Shown: piece after piece, positions 56,581 through 64,000 of the stretch
Layout: each line of letters starts with the position of its first letter
How positions within the stretch are numbered: position 1 is the stretch's first letter
Origin: Candidatus Altiarchaeota archaeon
GTDB lineage: Archaea > Altiarchaeota > Altiarchaeia > IMC4 > SCGC-AAA252-I15
Reading direction: 5' to 3'
Assembly (NCBI GenBank): GCA_043800705.1
Contig: JAZDMS010000021.1
Coordinates: 21,527-85,526 of the forward strand
DNA: 64,000 nucleotides
Notes under the pieces: model-generated
Databases searched by the model: none
What the model saw: only the letters and a program-made list of their open reading frames with translations
Told to the model about the DNA's origin: nothing
Made by a program: the position numbers and the translations under genes

Positions 56581-58078
56581 GCCGGACGGCGTTGAGGAGA
56601 TGGTTTATCCAGTCGTTTGTGGCCTCCACCATCCTGTGCCTGATGACTTTTCGGTCCATGTGGGCGCATTCCCGCTTTAGGTCCTGGAACAGCGAGGAAA
56701 GCTGCGTGTCGGAGACGACCTGATTCAGCCACGGCTGGAAGTCGTTCACGTCCGAACGCAGATGGTAGTCGAGGCTGGACAGCTCGACATGCTTCAGGAC
56801 GTTGGCGAATTCCAGCAGGCTCAGCGCCCTGAGCCCTGTGAAGGAGACCCTGTTGCCTTCGAGCTTGTTGAAGTAGAAGCCCTCGTCGGGGCTTACAGTC
56901 CTGAGGCTGAAGCGCGGGTCGTCGCGGACCTCATGCAGCTGGATGAACCGCTTCAGCGTCCCGCTCACCAGGGAATTCACGGATATGCCGATGTTTGGCC
57001 ATATCCTGGAGCCGTTGATGACTGAGACGTTGTTCTCCAAGAGGCAGTTGCCTCCGATCATGACGTCTGACTGTATGGTGCCGCCTGAGCCTATCCTGCA
57101 GCCTTCCGCGATGAGGCTGGATGAGACGTCCTCGCCGGAGCCGACTTCTATGTTCTCGAAAAGGACTGCGCCGTTGATGACGGAATACTCTCTGACGGTC
57201 ACTCCGGAGCCGAGGACCGTGTAGGGGCCGATGACGCAGCCCTTGTCGATGGTCACGCCGTCTCCGATGAGGACGGGGCCGAATATCTGGCTGTGCACGC
57301 CCAGCTGGACGTTCTTTCCGAATGCGACGGCGCCTTCGATCTTCCCGTCTATGATGGTGCAGTCGGGTATCTCGGCAGCGAGCCTGTTCAAAAGCCACTT
57401 CTTGGCTGCGTTGTAGCCTTCCGGCCTGCCGACGTCTACCCAGAAGGCGTCGACCATCTGTGCGAAGAGGCTCTGGCGCTCCAGGAGTATGGGGAAGAGG
57501 TCCTTCGCGAAGTCGTAAAACGTCCCCGAAGGGATGTGCTCTAGGGCCTGCGGCTCCAGCACGTATATGCCGGTGTTCGCCAGGTCGGTGGTGCACTCGT
57601 TCATCAGGGGCTTCTCGTGGAATCTCCTGACTCGGCCGTCGTCTGCGACGTCGATGACGCCGTAGTTCCACGGGTCCGGCACCCTCAAGGCGGCGATGGT
57701 CGCCAGGCCGGCGTGGTATTTGTGCTGCCTGATCAGGTCTGTGAGGTCGACGTCCGTTATCAGGTCGCCCTGCATCACGATGAACGTGTCGTCGAAGTAG
57801 CCTTTGATGTTCTTCACGCAGCCGGCGGTCCCCAGGGGCTTCTCCTCGGCGGGGTAGGTGAGCTTCATGCCCTTGTATTCGCCTCCGAAGCAGTCGACTA
57901 TATGCTCACGGAGGTAGTTGGTGGTGATGGCGACCTCCGTCACCCCGTGCAGATGCAGGTGGTCGAGGATGTGTTCGGTGACCGGGACATTCAATAGAGG
58001 CAGAAGAGGCTTAGGACGCGACAGCGTAAGCGGCCTCATGCGCGTGCCGAACCCTCCCGCTAACACGACCGCCTTCAT
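56564..58078 (-). CDS. NDP-sugar pyrophosphorylase (ManC/GlmU-like) with a left-handed beta-helix and a C-terminal DUF5752-like domain
   Basis: LAGGFGTRMRPLT, PLGTAG, hexapeptide repeats; tail FYF...SLLEF...YH...NDF..W. Confidence 0.9.
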   Translation of the reverse strand: MKAVVLAGGFGTRMRPLTLSRPKPLLPLLNVPVTEHILDHLHLHGVTEVAITTNYLREHIVDCFGGEYKGMKLTYPAEEKPLGTAGCVKNIKGYFDDTFIVMQGDLITDVDLTDLIRQHKYHAGLATIAALRVPDPWNYGVIDVADDGRVRRFHEKPLMNECTTDLANTGIYVLEPQALEHIPSGTFYDFAKDLFPILLERQSLFAQMVDAFWVDVGRPEGYNAAKKWLLNRLAAEIPDCTIIDGKIEGAVAFGKNVQLGVHSQIFGPVLIGDGVTIDKGCVIGPYTVLGSGVTVREYSVINGAVLFENIEVGSGEDVSSSLIAEGCRIGSGGTIQSDVMIGGNCLLENNVSVINGSRIWPNIGISVNSLVSGTLKRFIQLHEVRDDPRFSLRTVSPDEGFYFNKLEGNRVSFTGLRALSLLEFANVLKHVELSSLDYHLRSDVNDFQPWLNQVVSDTQLSSLFQDLKRECAHMDRKVIRHRMVEATNDWINHLLNAVRPTGYL

Positions 58079-58226
58079 TAGATGCACCTCAGATCCCCCT
58101 CCACCCCCAGGAAGCAGACCGAGTATGTAACCCTTTGGAAGAAGCCGTATATATATGCGGCGGTAACTTTTGGAAATCGGCACCGGATGCGACGCATTCG
58201 CAGAAGAAGAAAACCTCCCCCCAATA

Positions 58227-58427
58227 TTAAAAAATCATCGTGGATTCTTTTGGGACTTTAGTGAGCAATATCCTATTTTTATTTTTTCCGCATTTCTTTT
58301 GAGCATTGTAAAAGACTGCCTTAGGATCATCTCCCTCGGACAATATCTGATTATTGCATATTGCTATCCACTTTCCAACATGCGCACTTAAGTCTGCTCC
58401 CATATAATACTCGTGATTTATTGACAT
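58227..58427 (-). CDS. DUF5678-like small protein
   Basis: GKWIAICNNQILSEGDDP; AT-rich. Confidence 0.7.
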   Translation of the reverse strand: MSINHEYYMGADLSAHVGKWIAICNNQILSEGDDPKAVFYNAQKKCGKNKNRILLTKVPKESTMIF

Positions 58428-58572
58428 ATGGCCACCACAAACAAACAATTCATGCACATTGTACGATATTTTACCTGTTAACATTTAACATTAATGGATT
58501 TTGCGTATAAATGCGGTAGGGTTTGGTTTTTGGTTATCCTCATTCCGAAGACGCCGCTTTAGGGGATGCCGT

Positions 58573-59454
58573 TCATAGCCGTCTGCCGGTTATCTTCTCG
58601 TATGCTTCGACGTACTTCCTGGAGGTCTCCTTTACCACATCGTCCGGCAGCTTCGGCGCCGGCGGCTCCTTGTCCCACTTGATCCGCTCTAGATAGTCCC
58701 TGACGTACTGCTTGTCGTAGCTTCGCTGCGGGCCGCCCGGCCTGTATTGGTCCATGGGCCAGAACCTGGAGGAGTCGGGGGTGAGGGCTTCGTCGATTAG
58801 TAGGAGTTCCCCGTCCTTGAGGCCGAACTCGAATTTCGTGTCTGCGATGATTATGCCCTTGCCTTCGACGCTCTTTCGGGCGCTCTCGTACAGCTCCAGG
58901 GTGTGTTCCCTTATCTTGTGGGCGTTCTCGCCGCCGATGAGCCTTACGACGTCTTCGAATGTTATGTTCAGGTCGTGGCCGGTTTCGGCCTTGGTCGTCG
59001 GCGTGAATATCGGCTCAGGCAGCCTGTCCGATTCGACCAGTCCCCCGGGGAGCCTGATCCCACATATCCGGCCGCTTCTTTGGTATTCCTTCCACCCCGA
59101 CCCGGACAGGTATCCTCTGGCGACGCACTCGACCGGAAGAGGCCTCGCCCTTTCCACCAGCATGCTCCTTCCTTCGAGGATGGCTTTGTGCCGTTGCAGT
59201 TCCTCTGGCAGGGCGTCGACGTCTATCGACAGCATGTGGTTTTCGACGATTCCCTTCGTGCTCTGGAACCAGTATGCGGAGAGCTTGTTGAGGACTTCCC
59301 CCTTGAGGGGTATTCCGTTGGGGAGTATGCTGTCGAATGCGCTTATGCGGTCGGTAGCCACGATGAGCAGGTGGTCGCTCAGGTCGTAGACGTCCCTGAC
59401 CTTCCCCCTGCTTTTGAGCTTCGCGGGCAACGCGGTCTCCAATACTACGGCCAT
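58573..59454 (-). CDS. purC: SAICAR synthetase
   Basis: GKVRDVY, TDRISAFD, ADTKFEFG, TPDSSRFW and SYDKQ. Confidence 0.97.
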   Translation of the reverse strand: MAVVLETALPAKLKSRGKVRDVYDLSDHLLIVATDRISAFDSILPNGIPLKGEVLNKLSAYWFQSTKGIVENHMLSIDVDALPEELQRHKAILEGRSMLVERARPLPVECVARGYLSGSGWKEYQRSGRICGIRLPGGLVESDRLPEPIFTPTTKAETGHDLNITFEDVVRLIGGENAHKIREHTLELYESARKSVEGKGIIIADTKFEFGLKDGELLLIDEALTPDSSRFWPMDQYRPGGPQRSYDKQYVRDYLERIKWDKEPPAPKLPDDVVKETSRKYVEAYEKITGRRL

Positions 59455-59546
59455 CCAAGGTAATAGAGAATTGGGTTATAAAAGTGCCTGTTTATTATCG
59501 CAGGGTCGCATAGATATGGGCGGGTTGGCTTCTTTCAGTGGTAATC

Positions 59547-59714
59547 GTGGGCCGTAAATGCGAGTACTGCGGCGACGCCATGGGGGACGTGCTTGTCGAA
59601 ATAGGCAACCACCTCCTCCTGTGCGGTAAGGCGCCGTTTCGGGACATTGATGACGACATGCTCAGGAGAAACGCCGTCCAGTCCCACATCCTCCGCTCCC
59701 TCCTGAGGAAGTGA
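59547..59714 (+). CDS. Small C2HC zinc-finger-like protein (not in the ORF track)
   Basis: Manual translation: (M)GRKCEYCGDAMGDVLVEIGNHLLLCGKAPF...; GTG start at 59547 or 59538. Confidence 0.55.
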   Translation: MGRKCEYCGDAMGDVLVEIGNHLLLCGKAPFRDIDDDMLRRNAVQSHILRSLLRK

Positions 59715-59721
59715 ACCGCCC

Positions 59722-62700
59722 CTAGAGACGCCCAAGACCCGGCGTCTTCGGCCTCCTGCATGGTTTCATTAGGATGTAGAAGTATGCGCCCATTATCAGG
59801 GTAAGGGCCGCGAGCAGGCCGGACAGGTCGGGGATGGACTCCTTTGCTGGGGCGACCTGCCGTATCGTCGACGTTGTCGAAGAGGATGTCGTCGTGGTCG
59901 ACGTCGAGGACGTCGTTGACGAGGTCGCGGTTTCGGTCGCGGGTACGGCGCCGAGGGTGCTCGTCGTCGTAGTCGACGTCGTCGTGACGCCGAAGAGGTA
60001 CAGTCCGCCGTCGTAGGAGCCTGCCGCGAACTCGAGTAGGCCGTCGGCGTTGACGTCGCCGACGGCGGGGGATGAGCGTACGAGCCCCCCGGTCTTGTAT
60101 TCGAATTCCTTCCAGCCGGAGGCGTTGAGTACGTATACTTTTCCGTCGTCGGAGCCTAAGATCAGCTCGGGGCAGCCGTCGCCGTCGAGGTCTGCTGCGG
60201 CGGGCGACGACCTGATCGGCCCCCCGACCGTCGACTTCATGAGCCTGTCTCCCGTCGAGTTGATGGCGTAGACGCTGCCTGCCGCCGTGCAGGCGAATAT
60301 CTCGTCGCGGCCGTCGCGGTCGACGTCGACGATGGCGGGCGACGACTCGAATGGGCCGTCTGCGGTAAAGTTCCATCTCATCCCGAGCCTGGACTTGGAT
60401 ATGGCTTCGATTGCGCAGCCTTCGGGTCCGCAGACCCGCTCCCCTTCGTCGGAGGCCATCAATCCGTAGTTTATGTCGTAGATGTTCCCGTCCGACGACG
60501 GGGCGATGACGTCCTTCGTCCTCTGCGAGTAGGTGTGCGCCGCCTTGGGGGTGTCGACGTCTCCGTTGGCCTGGAACATCCACACCTTGTATGGGGGGGT
60601 CCTCATGATGTAGAGTATGTTGTCGGTCGAGCCGACCATCACCTCCTTTTTCCCGTCGCCGTCTATGTCGTATGCGCTGGGGGAGGAGACTATCGCATCC
60701 GAGGTCTGATACGTCCACATGAGCTTCCCGCCATGGTCTAGGGCGTATATTTTCCCGTCCTTGGAGCCGAATATCAGCTCCTTCCCGGGGGATGTGTCTA
60801 TGTCCAGTTCTATGGGCGACGAAAGGACCGCGCCCCCCGTCTGATACGACCAAATGACGTCTCCCTTCGGGCCTATTTCCACGAGCCTTCCGTCGGCGGT
60901 GCCTGCGAGGATGCCGACAATCCCGTCACCGTCGGGGTCGGCTGCGGACACCATCGTGACGCTCGAGTTCAGGTCGGCCTTCCAGGCGAGATTGCCGTCT
61001 GATGAAAGGGCGTATACGCCGCCGTCGTATGAGCCGAATATAATGTCCAGTCTGCCGTCCCCCCGCCGGCCCAGGTCCGCCAACACCGGAGACGAAGACA
61101 CCATGTCGCCTGTGTTATAGTCCCATAGGAGGCCGTAATCTTTTAATTTTTGCGGGCTCTGCCCCGCTATCCCGCCATTCTGCCGGTATCCTTTGAGACG
61201 CGCCAGGTCTTCGAGGGAGTAGTTGCTGGCGTATCTGGGGGTGCATGACCACGCGTCGAGGAGGTTGTAGGGGGTCACGTTCAATCCGGTTCTCAGCCTG
61301 CAGGCCCACGACACCTCCGCGTCCGCTATCGGGAGCTCCAGGTTCCCGGACGCGCCGCATTTGAGGCGGACGGTGAAGTCCGTCAGGTTGAACGGGTACT
61401 CGACCGAGTTCCGCCTCACGGAGAGATTGTATGCGGACTCGTTGAATGTGGCGTTGTACTGCCATATCGAACGGATGCCCTTCTCGGGCATCGTGGAGTT
61501 GTACGGGCTGCAGGACCAAGTCGAGTTCTGCCGGCCAGTCGGGTATCCCCGGGCAGAAGAGGCGGAGCATTGGAGCCTGAGCTCCAGGTCCTTCAGGGCG
61601 AGCCCAGGGTCGGACGCATACGCGGCCCAAAGGGGCTTCAGGTCCGCCATGGACCTGTTGGTCTGGTTGAGGCTGCAGCTCCAAGAGGGGGTCATGTTCC
61701 GTGCCGTGTACCGCTCCCTGAGGTCGAGCCATCCGGTCCGGTCCCCGTCGTGTTGGAAGGTCGGCCACTCCTCGAAGGCGAAGAACACCATACCCATCCG
61801 GCCGTTCCCCTTATCGGATTCCACGAGCCTCCCGCCCTCGTCGAGGTAGGCCTCCACAAGGTGCCGCCCATAGGAGACGGTGATGTTCGCAAACACCATC
61901 CTCGTCTGCCCCGGCTCCAACGCCACCTGCGAACGCGAGACGTTCACCCTGTCGACGTATAATGCGACGTCGAAGTCGGCTGCGACGGCGTCGCCCCTGT
62001 TCTTCACTGCGACCGTCACGATCGCACGCCGGCCGGCAGCCACCGACGCAGGCGAGAGGGAAATATCCGCCACCGCCACATCCATCGCCTTCCCATATGC
62101 CCTGATGACCGAGCCCGCAGCGACGACGGGAGCGCCCGTCAAGCACGACGGCCCGTACTTCACGGGATAGGAGACGTTAACGGCCCAAAGCTCCGCCCCC
62201 GACGATGCATCAAGGGCGCGGAAGCCCGCCCCGGCCCCCACATACACGACGCCGCATACGGACACAGGCGACTGCACGCTCTCGTTCAACGCCGCCACCC
62301 ACTTCCTTTCGCCGAAATATGCGCTGACGGAATATATGTTTTTATCCGAAGAGGAGAAGACGACGTTGTCGCCCGAGACTACGGGGGGGCCGTAGACGGT
62401 CCCGTTCGCGGAGACGTTCCAGAGGACCTTCCCGTCGGCCTTGTCCAACGCCAGGACCCTCCTGTCGGCCGCGACCAGCAGTATATCCCCATACGAGCCC
62501 GGAGGGGAGGACATGACGCCCAACGTCCTGTTCCACAAAGGCTTCCCGGTGAGATTGCTGAACGCCCAGATGCGCCGGTCCGCCGAGACGAAGAAGACCT
62601 TCCAATTCTCCGCCAAAGGAGCCGCCGACACCGGCGAACCGACGTTGAATGACCAAAGCCTCTTCCCCGAAGACTCCGAGACCGCGTACACGCGTCCGTC

Positions 62701-63081
62701 GTCGGAGCCGAAATAGACGGAGCCGCTGTCGGCCCTCGGAGAAGACCTCACCCTCGCACCCGTCATGAAAGACCAGGTCCTGTTGCCGGTGCTTCTGTTG
62801 ACCGAATACACTATCCCGTTGTCGGAGCCGAATATGACCCTGTCTCCTGCGAGAAGAGGCGCCGAATAGATGCCGGCCGTCGACGTATAGTTCACCAGTT
62901 GCCTGCCGGTGGACCTGTTCAGGCCGAAAAGCCTCCCCGATGAGGTCCCGACGTAGACGGAGTCTCCATCAGATATGATATCCGTCGATGCGGAGCCCGT
63001 GAGCCGGTACTCCCACGCCAAATGAGGCGAAGCCGATGCTGAAGCTGCCAAAAGCATCAACGCCAACAATACGGACCTCAT
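59722..63081 (-). CDS. Large surface protein: PQQ-type propeller + CARDB + insert + FG-GAP propeller + Thr/Ser linker + TM
   Basis: Signal peptide, SSP..GSDDG repeats, VKNRG/ESDKGN, WPTFQHD and DLDGDG repeats. Confidence 0.9.
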   Translation of the reverse strand: MRSVLLALMLLAASASASPHLAWEYRLTGSASTDIISDGDSVYVGTSSGRLFGLNRSTGRQLVNYTSTAGIYSAPLLAGDRVIFGSDNGIVYSVNRSTGNRTWSFMTGARVRSSPRADSGSVYFGSDDGRVYAVSESSGKRLWSFNVGSPVSAAPLAENWKVFFVSADRRIWAFSNLTGKPLWNRTLGVMSSPPGSYGDILLVAADRRVLALDKADGKVLWNVSANGTVYGPPVVSGDNVVFSSSDKNIYSVSAYFGERKWVAALNESVQSPVSVCGVVYVGAGAGFRALDASSGAELWAVNVSYPVKYGPSCLTGAPVVAAGSVIRAYGKAMDVAVADISLSPASVAAGRRAIVTVAVKNRGDAVAADFDVALYVDRVNVSRSQVALEPGQTRMVFANITVSYGRHLVEAYLDEGGRLVESDKGNGRMGMVFFAFEEWPTFQHDGDRTGWLDLRERYTARNMTPSWSCSLNQTNRSMADLKPLWAAYASDPGLALKDLELRLQCSASSARGYPTGRQNSTWSCSPYNSTMPEKGIRSIWQYNATFNESAYNLSVRRNSVEYPFNLTDFTVRLKCGASGNLELPIADAEVSWACRLRTGLNVTPYNLLDAWSCTPRYASNYSLEDLARLKGYRQNGGIAGQSPQKLKDYGLLWDYNTGDMVSSSPVLADLGRRGDGRLDIIFGSYDGGVYALSSDGNLAWKADLNSSVTMVSAADPDGDGIVGILAGTADGRLVEIGPKGDVIWSYQTGGAVLSSPIELDIDTSPGKELIFGSKDGKIYALDHGGKLMWTYQTSDAIVSSPSAYDIDGDGKKEVMVGSTDNILYIMRTPPYKVWMFQANGDVDTPKAAHTYSQRTKDVIAPSSDGNIYDINYGLMASDEGERVCGPEGCAIEAISKSRLGMRWNFTADGPFESSPAIVDVDRDGRDEIFACTAAGSVYAINSTGDRLMKSTVGGPIRSSPAAADLDGDGCPELILGSDDGKVYVLNASGWKEFEYKTGGLVRSSPAVGDVNADGLLEFAAGSYDGGLYLFGVTTTSTTTTSTLGAVPATETATSSTTSSTSTTTTSSSTTSTIRQVAPAKESIPDLSGLLAALTLIMGAYFYILMKPCRRPKTPGLGRL

Positions 63082-63107
63082 AGGAGAATATTACGGAATG
63101 CTCCGAA

Positions 63108-63146
63108 TAAAAAAGGGGGAAATAATGGGGGATTAACCCCCATTAT
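63108..63146 (-). terminator. Hairpin followed by a U-tract
   Basis: ATAATGGGGG-attaa-CCCCCATTAT, then a T-run on the minus strand. Confidence 0.55.
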
Positions 63147-63151
63147 ATGGG

Positions 63152-64000
63152 TTATTTTCTGCCTTTTCTGCGCTCGAAGTCCGCCCGCTTCATCAGCTGC
63201 GTGTCCCTCGCCCAGACGGCATATCCTGCGATCAGGACCAGCAGGACCAGTAGGTTCCTGAATCCGCCATTCTGGAAGCTGAAATCTCCCAGCGGAGACA
63301 CCGCGTAACCGATGACTAGAGGCTCGCCCTCATCGACCTGCGCCTGCACTACAGGCAGGCTGCCGCCTGTCTGCGTCACCGGTGCGATGGTCGTCGGGGG
63401 CGAAGACGTCTGCGGAACCGGAGGCTGAGTCGTCGACGGAGCCGGAGGCTGAGTCGTCGGCGGAGCCGGAGGCTGAGTCGTCGACACAGGCGGAATCGTC
63501 GCCGGAGGAGCAGGCTGAGTCGTCGCAGTCGGGTGATACTGCTCCCTCTGGATGGTGATGCTCACGGAATCGGTATTAGGCTCCACGGCCGGTGCCGCAG
63601 CCAACGCAGCCAACGCAACCAACGCATCATCTGGCGGACATATCACACTAGCCCCCCCTAACGAGGCCGTTATCGTAAACGTGCCGATGCCCGGGTAGGT
63701 GTGCATGATCGACCCGCCCCTTGAGGAGGGAGTCGTGCATACCGTGCTCGCGGCCGTTGCGCCGTCGCCGAAGTCCCAGGCCACGTCGTAGCAGCCGATG
63801 CTGGTCCCGGGCAGGTTAAAGTTGACGGTCACGTCGACCGGCGCGCTCATGTGCGTGTAGACAGTCCCGCTAAGGGGTGTGACGATCTCAAACGTACCAG
63901 GCAACTGGCACATGCATGCGTCGATCTCCTGGTTCAAGGCGCAGTAACCCGCGCCGCCGCCTTCAACGACACAGTCGCTGTTGGACTGGCAGAAATTCAA
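63152..64000 (-). CDS. PKD-domain surface protein with Pro/Thr repeats and a C-terminal TM; 5'-truncated
   Basis: WDFGDG...HTY motif, TTQPPAP 21-bp repeats around 63410-63530, TM and basic tail. Confidence 0.85.
   Translation of the reverse strand: MNFCQSNSDCVVEGGGAGYCALNQEIDACMCQLPGTFEIVTPLSGTVYTHMSAPVDVTVNFNLPGTSIGCYDVAWDFGDGATAASTVCTTPSSRGGSIMHTYPGIGTFTITASLGGASVICPPDDALVALAALAAAPAVEPNTDSVSITIQREQYHPTATTQPAPPATIPPVSTTQPPAPPTTQPPAPSTTQPPVPQTSSPPTTIAPVTQTGGSLPVVQAQVDEGEPLVIGYAVSPLGDFSFQNGGFRNLLVLLVLIAGYAVWARDTQLMKRADFERRKGRK

Noticed and set aside
63410-63625. 21-bp and 9-bp tandem repeats as a non-coding or mobile repeat
   Set aside because: They simply encode the TTQPPAP linker and ALV/ALA repeats of a surface protein.
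1-64000. tRNA, rRNA or integrase-type attachment sites
   Set aside because: No cloverleaf or T-loop consensus and no tyrosine/serine recombinase were recognised by eye; a tRNAscan-SE/Infernal run is needed to be certain.

Overview
GC-rich archaeal chromosomal window. The archaeal origin is supported by the proteasome beta subunit next to aCPSF1, an archaeal-type riboflavin synthase, a eukaryote/archaeal-type GlyRS and GGTGA ribosome-binding sites. Pilin-like 'QLGIF...GFAKLKPQL' proteins suggest an Altiarchaeota/DPANN-type lineage, which is an inference. The backbone carries an ABC exporter, an arginine locus (two argG paralogues plus argH), hypABCDEF with a Ni permease, a mosaic rib operon, tatA-tatC-tatA, a divergent FtsZ-family gene, galT, glyS, purC and several large surface proteins. 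The main accessory feature is a 5,393-bp AT-rich transposon (30551-35943). It has a 10-bp target duplication, 12-bp terminal inverted repeats and ~20-bp-spaced TGCTCCT box arrays at both ends. It encodes a SWIM-finger DDE transposase and carries an apparently non-catalytic tRNA-guanine-transglycosylase-fold protein, a QxK-type PD-(D/E)XK nuclease, a DEDDy exonuclease and a Panacea/RelE-like toxin-antitoxin pair, which together are a candidate new defence system. Other notable signals: a dispersed family of degenerate 7-nt repeats that also sits in-frame inside four genes; a eukaryote-type PRMT-like methyltransferase beside a divergent ArgG; a recoded duplicate of the argG 3' end; and a 9-codon CxxCH micro-ORF with a strong RBS. 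No rRNA, tRNA or CRISPR array was recognised. All assignments come from motifs read by eye, not from database searches.
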